Origin: Escherichia phage teqsoen
Direction: 5' to 3' (one strand)
DNA length: 64,000 nucleotides
Sequence record: MN895436.1
Part shown: in pieces, positions 38,923 through 49,490 of the stretch
How the letters are laid out: every line of letters starts with the position of its first letter
Numbering within the stretch: position 1 is the first letter of the stretch
Made by a program: the position numbers and the translations under genes
The notes under the pieces: model-generated
Seen by the model: only the letters and a program-made list of their open reading frames with translations
The model's database searches: none
What the model was told of the DNA's origin: nothing

Positions 38923-39477
38923 TCACTTTGAAATCATAATTGGAATGACAGAATCAAGATAAGTCTTTAGCGCAATAGCTTCGTCTTTGGTAAATGTGAC
39001 AATATGTGCTCGAAAATCGTCAATTTGACGAATAGATACTACATCTCCCTCTTCATAGCATTTTGACACATTTAAAATAGTTTCATCATTCTGATTGCAA
39101 GCGTTAGTAATAATAGCATTGCAATTTTTAAACCATTTTAAACTGCGTTTTCTTTCATTAGAATAATAAAAATATTTAATCTTATCTATAAAACTATCCC
39201 AATGGATAACTGATAAGCATATTGACTCGCTTTCAATATTAAATCCTGGGCATGAAGAATAAAAATGAATTTTATGCTCATCATTAATGCTTACAATTTT
39301 ATCAGTATAAGGATTTTCAATTTGGGTTAAATGAATGATTTCACTAGGCGTAAAATATAGCATATCGTCTTCTTGTGTCAAACGATACATATTATTTACT
39401 TTTTCTATAGCCAATTCACCAAAAAGTGAACTAACTTCTAATACTAATCGTTTCATATTAATCCTTTTTATTGGCAC
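38923..39477 (-). CDS. hypothetical protein (paralog of previous ORF)
   Basis: 184 aa; C-terminus VSIRQ...KDEAIALKTYLDSVIPIM. Confidence 0.55.
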   Translation of the reverse strand: MPIKRINMKRLVLEVSSLFGELAIEKVNNMYRLTQEDDMLYFTPSEIIHLTQIENPYTDKIVSINDEHKIHFYSSCPGFNIESESICLSVIHWDSFIDKIKYFYYSNERKRSLKWFKNCNAIITNACNQNDETILNVSKCYEEGDVVSIRQIDDFRAHIVTFTKDEAIALKTYLDSVIPIMISK

Positions 39478-39736
39478 GAATTTGTTCTAAAATTTTAGAG
39501 TATTCCTTTGTATCAGATTTACGTACAATCGATACACTATACGGCATACTATCGGTGTCTTTTATAAAGCGTTCCAAATGACACTCTAATAAAATTTCTG
39601 GATTATAAATCGTGTACATCAAATTACCTGTTGCTCCACGATATTGACAGATTTCTACTGATTGAACACCATTCCATAATTTTGTTAAGACCAAATCACC
39701 TACTTCTAATTTAGGAAAGCCCATGTTATTCACCAA
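39458..39736 (-). CDS. hypothetical protein
   Basis: 92-aa ORF. Confidence 0.5.
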   Translation of the reverse strand: MVNNMGFPKLEVGDLVLTKLWNGVQSVEICQYRGATGNLMYTIYNPEILLECHLERFIKDTDSMPYSVSIVRKSDTKEYSKILEQIRANKKD

Positions 39737-39911
39737 TTAAAGTTTCAATATAAGAATCAAGATTTACTTTAGCTTCTTCCATAAGAGTTTTGTATTTAAT
39801 CTTGTTAGCATGTCCGGAGAAAGCTGATTCATCAATAACTGTTGATGTATGAACAGCTCTACTATACGTCTCAATTAATTCTCTTAATTTAAAAGCCTGC
39901 TCACTTGTCAT
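39726..39911 (-). CDS. hypothetical protein
   Basis: 61-aa ORF. Confidence 0.5.
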   Translation of the reverse strand: MTSEQAFKLRELIETYSRAVHTSTVIDESAFSGHANKIKYKTLMEEAKVNLDSYIETLIGE

Positions 39912-40043
39912 TACATACTCCTTTGAATCATATCAATAATATTGTTCACCAGATTATAGGTAAACATTGGGTAATTATATTGAATCATCACATATATAAC
40001 AAACAAAACTTTCATTCTCTTCTCCTTGACAGTTGACAAGATT

Positions 40044-40073
40044 ACTATACCATAACCTTGCCAACTTGTAAAC
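40044..40073 (-). promoter_or_regulatory. early promoter
   Basis: GTTTAC, 18 nt, TGgTATAGT. Confidence 0.7.
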
Positions 40074-40238
40074 CGTTAAATGTTGTTTTCAATAAAATTC
40101 TGAAGCTTTGTGTGAGCATCAACCATGATTTTCATTTCTTCCTTTGCGAAAGCTGTACCTCTTTCCCGAGCAGAATACTCATAGTCAGAAACTGCATTAG
40201 CATATTCTTCAATTAGCTTCATTAAAAACATCTGCTTT

Positions 40239-40433
40239 TCAGTTTTCATTATTCCACCTAATCATTTCAAGATATTGAACTAACTTAGCTTTAGATTTAT
40301 CCAAATCCTTTTTAGCTGCTTCTATACCGTCGTATGAATATCCTTCACAATGCTCAACTGCTAATTGATATGAATCTATTTCAATATCACGTGCTAATTT
40401 AATGATTTTTTCAAACTGTTCGCGTGTTAGCAT
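40239..40433 (-). CDS. hypothetical protein
   Basis: 64-aa ORF. Confidence 0.45.
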   Translation of the reverse strand: MLTREQFEKIIKLARDIEIDSYQLAVEHCEGYSYDGIEAAKKDLDKSKAKLVQYLEMIRWNNEN

Positions 40434-40435
40434 AA

Positions 40436-40639
40436 TTAAACTCTCGTATTATGATCGATAATTTCATCAAGAAACATATCTAACGCTTCTACAGCATTGT
40501 TAACTTTATCTTCAAATTCTTCAATACTTTTATTTGCAATGCCTGACGAAAACCAAGCAAAGTCACTAAGTTCCTCATCTGCTTTACGAATTAAAGCTAC
40601 CAATTCCTTAATTTTATCAGCTTGTTCGATACTAATCAT
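40436..40639 (-). CDS. hypothetical protein
   Basis: internal ATG taken; TAATG overlap with upstream stop. Confidence 0.45.
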   Translation of the reverse strand: MISIEQADKIKELVALIRKADEELSDFAWFSSGIANKSIEEFEDKVNNAVEALDMFLDEIIDHNTRV

Positions 40640-40827
40640 TATTCCACCACATATGAAAGAGAGAATATTGCACACGCCATGTGAGTTGCAACTTCATCAC
40701 ACATATTATAACGTTTCTTAAGAAGTTCTACAAGTTCTTCACTAGTAACTTCATCCATGTCGACGAAAAAATCACCATTAATGATGACGTAGATATTTCC
40801 TTCTTGATTGAGTGCTTCAATTTTCAT
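40639..40827 (-). CDS. hypothetical protein
   Basis: 62 aa from ATG 40827 with AGAGGAGAA RBS downstream of promoter. Confidence 0.5.
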
Positions 40828-40855
40828 GATGTTCTCCTCTTTATCCGATAGTTGT

Positions 40856-40885
40856 ATAGTACCACAGCTCAAACGGAAAGTAAAC
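40856..40885 (-). promoter_or_regulatory. early promoter cassette
   Basis: GTTTAC, 18 nt, TGgTACTAT. Confidence 0.7.
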
Positions 40886-40893
40886 CGGTAAAA

Positions 40894-40919
40894 TGAAAAA
40901 AGTCTCCCGAAGGAGACTA
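40894..40919 (-). terminator. hairpin terminator
   Basis: GTCTCC-CGAA-GGAGAC followed by T-run on minus strand. Confidence 0.65.
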
Positions 40920-40922
40920 ATG

Positions 40923-41309
40923 TTATTCGAGGGAAAGAAGATACTTACTTTGGTAAAACATCCCAGTAATATCATCTATCGTGCTTTGAATGGCTGGAGG
41001 CATTTCTTTATAAATGCTGTTAGATTGGTCTAGTATGCGATCAATCATTTTAATTGTGTCGGTAGGAAGTTTACTGGCATCTGGAATTGAAGGCGTGTAT
41101 TTTCTACCAGAATACCCCAAATATTGCTCACCAAATTTATCAATCAAATCTGGCAACTCGGAGAAAATAAAATCGTATGCTTTGTGTCTAGCATAACTTT
41201 TAGTTTCAAAATGTGCAGAATGAAAATAAGCTTGTGCAGCCATTAATAAACCTAAGTATTCATCTGCCTTTGAAGGTTTTCCACTTTGTGAAAAGTCGCT
41301 GAATTTCAT
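40923..41309 (-). CDS. hypothetical protein
   Basis: 128-aa ORF. Confidence 0.5.
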
Positions 41310-41599
41310 TCAGTCTCCAATTTAATGTTCATAATTCTAGCGTATGATTGTGCCATCTCCGCGCCTCGCTCTATACATTCAAAATCAGAAGAGCACGGGT
41401 CATTTTTATAGGTCGTTCTCATAAAACTATAGAATTGTTCAGACGATTCTACGCTTTTATTTTCAAAAAGCATATAAACGTGCCTAATACCAGATTCCAT
41501 AAATTTATCAAAATGAGGATCGACATTCGCTTCAATCGATGGAGATAAAACAAATGACAATCCTAGCATGGCAAATAGTGCCGTTGCTTTTAAGGCCAT
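41306..41599 (-). CDS. rI: lysis inhibition regulator RI (antiholin)
   Basis: 97 aa with signal-anchor; T4 RI length and position. Confidence 0.85.
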   Translation of the reverse strand: MALKATALFAMLGLSFVLSPSIEANVDPHFDKFMESGIRHVYMLFENKSVESSEQFYSFMRTTYKNDPCSSDFECIERGAEMAQSYARIMNIKLETE

Positions 41600-41611
41600 A
41601 AAGGCCTCCTA

Positions 41612-41824
41612 TCATTTTTGTCCTGTATTTACTTTATGCCGATGCACGGCCTTAACTTTATCAAGGTATTTTTCAAAATTTCGCAATCTAGTATAGTCTG
41701 CCGGAGATTGGTTGAGTGATACCTCTCGACGCAAAGCTGAAATAACATTTCCAACTTCCCTACGAATTTCATCTAATTGAAGAACAGTAAGATTGCGAAG
41801 TTGCTTTTCAGTTAATTGTAGCAT
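41612..41824 (-). CDS. hypothetical protein
   Basis: 70-aa basic ORF. Confidence 0.5.
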   Translation of the reverse strand: MLQLTEKQLRNLTVLQLDEIRREVGNVISALRREVSLNQSPADYTRLRNFEKYLDKVKAVHRHKVNTGQK

Positions 41825-41866
41825 ATATACCCCTTTAGTTAGATAAACCTATTTATAACTTTTGCA

Positions 41867-42448
41867 CTAACCGAGCTTTTTAGTTAATTCATTCCAATGT
41901 TTTCTACACAAAGAAACATAAATTTCATCACCAATACAGATTTGATTACCTTCTTTAACTGGTGTTCCATCTTCCATTAATCGAGCTGTCATAATCGCTT
42001 TTTTGCCGCAATGACAAACTGCCTTTAGTTCAATAAGTTTATCTGCAATCGCTAAAAGTTCTTTAGAACCTTCAAACAATTTTCCAGCGAAATCAGTCCT
42101 TAATCCATAAGCCATAACAGGAACATTATATGTATCAACAATTCGACTTAATTGATGCACTTGTTCAGTTTTTAAAAACTGAGCTTCATCTACAAATACG
42201 CAATGAATATCTTTTTGTGCTTCAGCCCATTTATAGAACTCGAAAATATCCATATCATCTGTAATAATATTCGCTTCCTGTTTAATTCCAATGCGAGAAA
42301 CAACTTCACAGACAGAATCGCGAGTATCAATAGCAGGCTTAAGAACTAATACACTCATTCCACGTTCTTTATAATTATGTGCAGCAGTCAAAAGAGAAGC
42401 AGATTTTCCAGCATTCATTGCTGCATAAGTAAAAATTAAACTCGCCAT
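41867..42448 (-). CDS. tk: thymidine kinase
   Basis: 193 aa; P-loop NAGKSAS and C-terminal Zn-binding cysteines. Confidence 0.92.
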   Translation of the reverse strand: MASLIFTYAAMNAGKSASLLTAAHNYKERGMSVLVLKPAIDTRDSVCEVVSRIGIKQEANIITDDMDIFEFYKWAEAQKDIHCVFVDEAQFLKTEQVHQLSRIVDTYNVPVMAYGLRTDFAGKLFEGSKELLAIADKLIELKAVCHCGKKAIMTARLMEDGTPVKEGNQICIGDEIYVSLCRKHWNELTKKLG

Positions 42449-42457
42449 ATCACCTTC

Positions 42458-42643
42458 TTAAAGCGTATTCACATAAGCTATTAATTCATTTTCTTTCTTA
42501 TCAAACCGATCAGCAAATTCTTCCTGCTGTTCGGGAGATAGCGGGCCGTATTCATCATAAAAGGTGTTTGCTTCTATATGCTCATCTAGAAGTTCATGGA
42601 TAAGCTCAAACAATTTATCTTTTTGTTCTTTACTCAGACTCAT
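42458..42643 (-). CDS. hypothetical protein
   Basis: 61-aa acidic ORF. Confidence 0.5.
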   Translation of the reverse strand: MSLSKEQKDKLFELIHELLDEHIEANTFYDEYGPLSPEQQEEFADRFDKKENELIAYVNTL

Positions 42644-42809
42644 ATATTAATTTCCAGGAGTTTTAAAATAATTCGCTTTTGCTTAAATATTTCCATAGTT
42701 AAATGACCAGTATCTTTTTGACCGATTCCAATGGCAAAACCTTTATTAACAGCGAGTTCAATTAAATTATCAAGCTCACGTAACACTTCGTATTGTAACT
42801 CAAAACTAT

Positions 42810-43037
42810 TCATTTTGATTTACCTTCTTTAACGAAATCAGGATAAGGATAAAATCCTGAATAAAATCCTTCACCTTTATGATTGATGCATCCTTTATTA
42901 GAACAATAGCACCAATAATCGAAATCACAAGCCATTTCATCATTACATAAAGCAAAAACAACAGGCCATTTACACTTTTCACAATGGGCATTTTTAAGAA
43001 TACTAGTTTGGCTCATAACCATGTAACCTTTAAGCAA
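42810..43037 (-). CDS. cysteine-rich small protein
   Basis: 75 aa with 10 Cys. Confidence 0.45.
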   Translation of the reverse strand: MLKGYMVMSQTSILKNAHCEKCKWPVVFALCNDEMACDFDYWCYCSNKGCINHKGEGFYSGFYPYPDFVKEGKSK

Positions 43038-43225
43038 TATTCTTCTACATGTTGTTTACGACCTTTCTTATCAATAAAGGTATATTCAACGAATGTTCCA
43101 ATGTAGTCTTTATCTACATCATGTGGACTATTAATTGGACATTTAGTACGGCAAATGCGTTCCCATTGACGAATAATTTCCACTTTGTTTTTAGGATCAA
43201 ACGGATGTGGGTAATGTACTTTCAT
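43013..43225 (-). CDS. hypothetical protein
   Basis: 70-aa ORF. Confidence 0.45.
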   Translation of the reverse strand: MKVHYPHPFDPKNKVEIIRQWERICRTKCPINSPHDVDKDYIGTFVEYTFIDKKGRKQHVEEYCLKVTWL

Positions 43226-43676
43226 AATCCACCACTATTAAATCAATATCAGGAGTAAACATGTCGATTAATTTAGAAACCTTATCCCAATCGCCGCCAG
43301 CAATACCACAACCTATGCGTGGAATGTAAATTACTGGTTTAAACAAAAGGGTTTCTGCCTGTAGATTTAATTCTATCATGCAGTTTACTAAAGCACCATA
43401 ATCAAGATTAGGACCTGGTTCGTATTGCGTATACAGGTTATAGCATATACCAAAACCATTAGGTTTATGTTTAAAAACAATAGACATATCGCCTAATTTA
43501 TCACGAGAACCGTACTCAGTAGTGGTTTTATCTATTTCTAAAATTTTGGGATAGGCTCTTGCTAATTGACCAGCTACACCTGAACCCATAGTATGAAAAC
43601 AATTGCACCCGTGCGCAATAATATTACCTTGAAGAAATAGGGCGACAATATCGCCCTTGATATATTTTACAATCAT
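43197..43676 (-). CDS. macro-domain-like protein
   Basis: 159 aa; N-x6-GSGVAG and IGCGIAGG motifs resembling macro-domain ADP-ribose-binding loops. Confidence 0.6.
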   Translation of the reverse strand: MIVKYIKGDIVALFLQGNIIAHGCNCFHTMGSGVAGQLARAYPKILEIDKTTTEYGSRDKLGDMSIVFKHKPNGFGICYNLYTQYEPGPNLDYGALVNCMIELNLQAETLLFKPVIYIPRIGCGIAGGDWDKVSKLIDMFTPDIDLIVVDYESTLPTSV

Positions 43677-44014
43677 CTAGTACTCAATCCTCGATTATAA
43701 GAATCTACCAAACGGTCAACCATTGAATGACAAGCGGCTTTATCTTTCTCCTCCGCAACTGAACATTCTAAGGTATTCCACTTTTTAGCATATCGTTTTA
43801 ACAATGTATCATTTTTGTATCTGCTTGATTTATCTCTTTCTCCGTCTTTATATGCATATATTAATTTCTGCGCAAATTCAGCTTGGCATGCTTTATTTTT
43901 CCCGCAATAATCCGCTGCAGTACGGTTTACATACTCTCTAATTTCAGTATATGATGTATCTGCTAACGCAGAAAATGAAATTAATCCTATACATAAAACC
44001 AAAATTTTAGTCAT
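43673..44014 (-). CDS. secreted protein
   Basis: 113 aa with cleavable signal peptide, 4 Cys. Confidence 0.5.
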   Translation of the reverse strand: MTKILVLCIGLISFSALADTSYTEIREYVNRTAADYCGKNKACQAEFAQKLIYAYKDGERDKSSRYKNDTLLKRYAKKWNTLECSVAEEKDKAACHSMVDRLVDSYNRGLSTR

Positions 44015-44552
44015 TTACTATTTCCAAAAGTTTATTATTTTTAAGGTAATTAGCCTTTTCTAGGACTTCAGAAGCATATTTAGAACCTGCTTTAACATTC
44101 CATCCCGAATTATAAGAGGATATTGCTTTTCTTATATCGCCCTTATGTATATTTAACCAATAAGAAAGTTCAATGTACGCCCAGGAAGCTGAATTGGACC
44201 GTTTATTCAACATTCTTTTTATTTCAGCATCGGTCATATTATAACCAAGTTCCTTAACTCTTGCTCGCATAGTAGGCAAATAATTTTGGAACATTCCGTA
44301 GGCGTGATGCTTTGCTTTAGATTTTAAATTAACTCCGCCAGAGCTTTCTTGCCATAAAATAGCAGCCATTATATGACCCAATCCGCTCTTGTGGATATTT
44401 TTGTGTGTTTTATATTTTCCATCCTTAGAAAATTGTTCCCCGAATTGATACGCGTAACGCATGTTATCGAGTTGGACATTACTGAAAGTATGCTCGGAGC
44501 TATGTGCCATCATTGAAATGGCCAATAGACCAGCGAGTAGTGCTTTTCTCAT
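44007..44552 (-). CDS. periplasmic lytic transglycosylase (SLT domain)
   Basis: 181 aa; signal peptide; motifs WQESSGG, AYGMFQ, SYNSG. Confidence 0.75.
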   Translation of the reverse strand: MRKALLAGLLAISMMAHSSEHTFSNVQLDNMRYAYQFGEQFSKDGKYKTHKNIHKSGLGHIMAAILWQESSGGVNLKSKAKHHAYGMFQNYLPTMRARVKELGYNMTDAEIKRMLNKRSNSASWAYIELSYWLNIHKGDIRKAISSYNSGWNVKAGSKYASEVLEKANYLKNNKLLEIVND

Positions 44553-44559
44553 GCTTACC

Positions 44560-45021
44560 TCATTGAGTTTTAATTACTGCTTTAGAAGCCTTTCCTGGTA
44601 AACGACGACTGTTGATAATTGCCATCCTGCATTGAAGTGACGGGTCTTTGAACTTCTCATTAGGCTTACAAACCGTAAATCCAAGCCAAAGATTTCCATC
44701 TGTGATTTCTAAACGTCCAGGACGATATTCAACCCCATCAATAAAATCCTCGTCAATGTCAGGACGCGGAGGCATACTCAGGAATTCATTAACTTCTAAA
44801 ACATGGTCTTTTATTTTATGGAATAATTCAAAAACATATGTCTCATCAATCTCCCGTTGAATTGCACGATCAAGAAGATGTTGAGAATATTTTAGATGAA
44901 ACGATGAGACTCCTGCTGCTTTTGATGCCTCACGAATCTCATTGTTAATTTGACGAAACTCCGACTCAAAGTGACGACGAAGCTTATTTCGACGGATAAA
45001 AACTTCTGTATTGATAGTCAT
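44560..45021 (-). CDS. regB: RegB endoribonuclease
   Basis: 153 aa; T4 RegB length and position; own early promoter. Confidence 0.85.
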   Translation of the reverse strand: MTINTEVFIRRNKLRRHFESEFRQINNEIREASKAAGVSSFHLKYSQHLLDRAIQREIDETYVFELFHKIKDHVLEVNEFLSMPPRPDIDEDFIDGVEYRPGRLEITDGNLWLGFTVCKPNEKFKDPSLQCRMAIINSRRLPGKASKAVIKTQ

Positions 45022-45048
45022 GTTGTTCTCCTCTTAACTGATAGAAAA

Positions 45049-45078
45049 ATTATACCACAGTCAAGAGGAAAAGTAAAC
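45049..45078 (-). promoter_or_regulatory. early promoter upstream of regB
   Basis: GTTTAC, 18 nt, TGgTATAAT; AGAGGAG RBS follows. Confidence 0.75.
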
Positions 45079-45080
45079 AG

Positions 45081-45401
45081 TTATTCTTTAAATCTAATCA
45101 ATTTATTCATAGACTTTGAAACTTCTGCACGAACCTCATGTAAGTTTTTAAGCTGTTCAAGACGCTGCTCATAGTAAGCAATTTCATCTTCTTCGAGACA
45201 GTCCTGTGAATCTTCTTTAAGATAGCGTGCATAGTCCTGGAAAGCTTTACGGACTACTTCCTGGAAGTCATCAAGACTTTGAATTTTCTTAGGAGCGGCA
45301 GATACACGACGAGGGGCAGTATAATACTCATAACCAAACCCTGCACTTAATTGAGCCATTAGTATTTTTCCTCTGGTTGGAACACAGCACGGCAAGCCCA
45401 C
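45081..45401 (-). CDS. hypothetical protein
   Basis: 106-aa ORF. Confidence 0.5.
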   Translation of the reverse strand: MGLPCCVPTRGKILMAQLSAGFGYEYYTAPRRVSAAPKKIQSLDDFQEVVRKAFQDYARYLKEDSQDCLEEDEIAYYEQRLEQLKNLHEVRAEVSKSMNKLIRFKE

Positions 45402-45661
45402 ATACTTGCTTCTTTGAGTTTCGTTTTAGCAATAGTTAACTGATCGAGGCTTTCGGCGTAATTCTTCGCGAGTTCATCATCTTCACAGCTATCAAATGCT
45501 TCCCAGAATTCATCGTATAAAGCGTCAAAGATAAGTCCTAAACGAACTTCAGCGTCTTTGATAGCATTCACTTTACCGATTTTCTCTTCAGTATGCGGCT
45601 TATAACCTTTAATGTCTTCAATCATATTTGACTTCCTCACCAGTACATAAATCGTATTCAA
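45359..45661 (-). CDS. hypothetical protein
   Basis: 100-aa acidic ORF. Confidence 0.5.
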   Translation of the reverse strand: MNTIYVLVRKSNMIEDIKGYKPHTEEKIGKVNAIKDAEVRLGLIFDALYDEFWEAFDSCEDDELAKNYAESLDQLTIAKTKLKEASMWACRAVFQPEEKY

Positions 45662-45839
45662 CTAAACGAATAGGTTCATGAATGCCATATCCCTGAACAG
45701 AAATTTCTGTAGTAGGATAAATTCCATCAATATCACCCATATTCCACGCTTCGTTAAATTGCTGTTCGCCTGAATTACTAAACCACTCGGCGAAAGCATT
45801 TAGCACATCTTTAGAACCTTCAATAATTATCTTTGCCAT
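45618..45839 (-). CDS. hypothetical protein
   Basis: 73-aa ORF. Confidence 0.5.
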   Translation of the reverse strand: MAKIIIEGSKDVLNAFAEWFSNSGEQQFNEAWNMGDIDGIYPTTEISVQGYGIHEPIRLVEYDLCTGEEVKYD

Positions 45840-46201
45840 TATAAGCTCTCAGTAAAGGTACGAGCAATAACGTCGCGCTGCTGTTCCGGAGTCAGAGAGT
45901 TAAAGCGAACTGCATAACCGGATACACGGATGGTCAGCTGCGGATATTTTTCCGGATGCTTAACTGCATCTTCCAGAGTTTCACGACGCAGAACGTTAAC
46001 GTTCAGGTGTTGACCACCTTCAATTTTAACTGTAGGCTGTGGCTCAATTTCAATTTCACGAGCATGCAAACCGTAGAAAATTTCTGGGTCTACAAAAGAG
46101 TCCTCTTTAAAGGTTTTAGAGACAATAATTCGTGCTTGAATACCATCTTCAAAATAAATAGTACCTTTATGTGTGCCTTCAAGAATTTGATATGCTTTCA
46201 T
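45839..46201 (-). CDS. autonomous glycyl-radical cofactor-like protein (GrcA/YfiD-like)
   Basis: 120 aa; glycyl-radical motif RVSGYAVRF near C-terminus. Confidence 0.7.
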   Translation of the reverse strand: MKAYQILEGTHKGTIYFEDGIQARIIVSKTFKEDSFVDPEIFYGLHAREIEIEPQPTVKIEGGQHLNVNVLRRETLEDAVKHPEKYPQLTIRVSGYAVRFNSLTPEQQRDVIARTFTESL

Positions 46202-46208
46202 ATAAACC

Positions 46209-46589
46209 TCAATTAGAAAATAAATTTATCCAAGATTGTTCTTTAATTAAAAATGGCTCAGAATCATATGCCATTAAACTTTGGGTGATTAGTCCTTTAA
46301 AAGGTCCATCAATAAATTCCATGGTAAAATATGGAATTTTATTCATTAACTGTGCGTTAGGAGCAGTGCACAAAACTCTGCATCCTTTGAATACACCTTT
46401 TTGTAATTTGTATTGCTTGGGATAAAATTCGCTTAAAATGTTGTTATTTGCCAAAATTTCAAAATGATTTACCAATTTATTTTTAATAGTTTTTGGCGAA
46501 AAATAGAGATATTCGAAAAGCTGTGTGTCTGTCATTATTGCATTCCGATTACGAAAAACTGTGGACGAGTAATACCACCAATGCAACAT
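46209..46589 (-). CDS. hypothetical protein
   Basis: 126-aa ORF. Confidence 0.5.
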   Translation of the reverse strand: MLHWWYYSSTVFRNRNAIMTDTQLFEYLYFSPKTIKNKLVNHFEILANNNILSEFYPKQYKLQKGVFKGCRVLCTAPNAQLMNKIPYFTMEFIDGPFKGLITQSLMAYDSEPFLIKEQSWINLFSN

Positions 46590-47131
46590 TTACTATTACA
46601 GCAGTAGTGTACAGTGTCAATATGGACGCTATAAATCTTATCCATATCAGGAGATTTGACAGGCTCATCAATTATATACAAAATTCGCGAAAGCGATAAA
46701 CCTCTGAACTTGCTTCCTTTATTACCAATAAAACTGCGTACAGAATCAGTAAATAAACGAAAACGTATATCATCATTAGAATAACGCGAAAATTCCTTTT
46801 TAATGTTATTTGCAGAAATTTTAGCGTAAGCTGAAGTATTAGAAAGAACAATAACTGTTCCGCCATCATACAGCCAATTAGCAGCAAAGTTAGTCACAGC
46901 AATTGATTTACCAGATTGACGTCCACCATCTATACGAAGTGTGCAGTACTGTTTAAGTAATTCTTCAAATGGCGGGATATATTCGTTTTTACAAATTTCT
47001 TCTACTCTAGCATCAGAATGGTGTGTAAAAGCATTCATCAGGGATAGATACGGGCCAGTTAAAAATGTTCTCATATTTTCTCTCTTAATTTTTGGGCCAT
47101 TCCATGGCACATGAGTTGTCCATTCCTGCAT
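46535..47131 (-). CDS. P-loop NTPase-like protein
   Basis: 198 aa; Walker A GGRQSGKS, Walker B ILYIIDEP. Confidence 0.55.
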   Translation of the reverse strand: MQEWTTHVPWNGPKIKRENMRTFLTGPYLSLMNAFTHHSDARVEEICKNEYIPPFEELLKQYCTLRIDGGRQSGKSIAVTNFAANWLYDGGTVIVLSNTSAYAKISANNIKKEFSRYSNDDIRFRLFTDSVRSFIGNKGSKFRGLSLSRILYIIDEPVKSPDMDKIYSVHIDTVHYCCNSKCCIGGITRPQFFVIGMQ

Positions 47132-47209
47132 TACCCATTACCGCGCTTTGGCTCGACCTTATCACAGGTTGACGGGAATACCTCAAATGAGGTCCAGGCT
47201 GTTCCCATA

Positions 47210-47683
47210 TTATTTGAACGATTTAACGTACTGAATAGAACCTTTACTATTTACAAAGGCAATTTTACCATTTTTATTATACATGGTAGCAGTACGTTGA
47301 TAACCATAAGTTTGTTTACCAGATTGATAACCAACTAATGCGAAATTATCTTCGCCCATTTTATTCTGTTTAGCGCGAATGCGTTCATGACCATGTGCCA
47401 TAAGAACCTTAGCATCACCGGTTGCAATGGATCGACGAGTTTTTTCATCTTCAACTGTATTAACAAAGTCGTCAAATGAATCAAATTTAGCATGAGATTT
47501 ATTATACAGTTTTCCATCTACTGCATAATTATATCCCTGTACATCCATCTCAACTTCTGTACCATCATCCAATACAGCAGTGATTTTTTGACCTTTTTTA
47601 AATTTCAAAAGATCAGTAAAAGATTCAGCAATAATTTGAGAATTAATAGCTGCTTCAGTGATAAATTCTTGATATGTTTTCAT
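47210..47683 (-). CDS. internal protein with capsid targeting sequence
   Basis: 157 aa; N-terminus MKTYQEFITEA. Confidence 0.7.
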   Translation of the reverse strand: MKTYQEFITEAAINSQIIAESFTDLLKFKKGQKITAVLDDGTEVEMDVQGYNYAVDGKLYNKSHAKFDSFDDFVNTVEDEKTRRSIATGDAKVLMAHGHERIRAKQNKMGEDNFALVGYQSGKQTYGYQRTATMYNKNGKIAFVNSKGSIQYVKSFK

Positions 47684-47699
47684 ATGATTCCTTTAATTT

Positions 47700-48017
47700 T
47701 TATTCTTTAGGAAAATTTTTAGAATATGCGTCGTAAAGCTTATTTCCAATACGACGAAAAACTCTAGCTGCAAAACGATTTTCTGGGTTTTTAATCATAA
47801 TTTGCATCATATAAGTACCCGCGTCTGAAAGAGCTTCTTCATAGTACCCGTTAATTTCTTTAAGAGTCCTACGTTTACCACCAGGACCATCAACAGTGAT
47901 TTTCCATTTACCTGTAGAAGTGCGACTCGGCGGCTCAACTTGTTCAATCCAAATATAACCGCCTTCTACACGTTGTCCTGCAGCAGATTCTGCAATAAAT
48001 TCTTGATATGTTTTCAT
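47700..48017 (-). CDS. internal protein with capsid targeting sequence
   Basis: 105 aa; N-terminus MKTYQEFIAES. Confidence 0.7.
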   Translation of the reverse strand: MKTYQEFIAESAAGQRVEGGYIWIEQVEPPSRTSTGKWKITVDGPGGKRRTLKEINGYYEEALSDAGTYMMQIMIKNPENRFAARVFRRIGNKLYDAYSKNFPKE

Positions 48018-48026
48018 ATGTTTCCT

Positions 48027-48443
48027 TTAAATGTAAATATTTTTACCGTAATACTTATACCAATGTGGTTTCATTAAAATTTTTTCATCAAGTCGTTGTT
48101 GACTCAATTTAATAGCTGATTTGCATGGATTATAATCATTTTTCCATTCTACTGGAATATCGCTGATGTCAGGAACTTCAGTATCTTTTATACTGAACCC
48201 TCGTTTTAAGCATTCCGTTATAATGTCTAATTGACGCTTTCGCAAAAATTCTAACTTATCGTAAAAGAACGTAACATGACCAGAACCTAAAATAAACTCG
48301 GAAGATATTTTAAAATCTTTAACGCGCTTACCGTTTGCCACATGCTTACGAACTATACCAAAAACACGTGGCAATTCACGGTATTCTGCGATTAAATGTT
48401 GATCAGCAAGTTCAGATACTAAAGTCAAATTAATACGAGTCAT
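48027..48443 (-). CDS. denV: endonuclease V, pyrimidine-dimer DNA glycosylase
   Basis: 138 aa; matches T4 DenV as I recall it ([27 protein letters not shown]). Confidence 0.9.
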   Translation of the reverse strand: MTRINLTLVSELADQHLIAEYRELPRVFGIVRKHVANGKRVKDFKISSEFILGSGHVTFFYDKLEFLRKRQLDIITECLKRGFSIKDTEVPDISDIPVEWKNDYNPCKSAIKLSQQRLDEKILMKPHWYKYYGKNIYI

Positions 48444-48468
48444 TTTATCCCTCCAAGTAACTGTGAAT

Positions 48469-48498
48469 ATACTATCACAATTCTAGGAGAAAGTAAAC
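48469..48498 (-). promoter_or_regulatory. early promoter upstream of denV
   Basis: GTTTAC, 18 nt, TAGTAT on minus strand. Confidence 0.65.
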
Positions 48499-48502
48499 AA
48501 CT

Positions 48503-49471
<969 letters not shown>

Positions 49472-49490
<19 letters not shown>

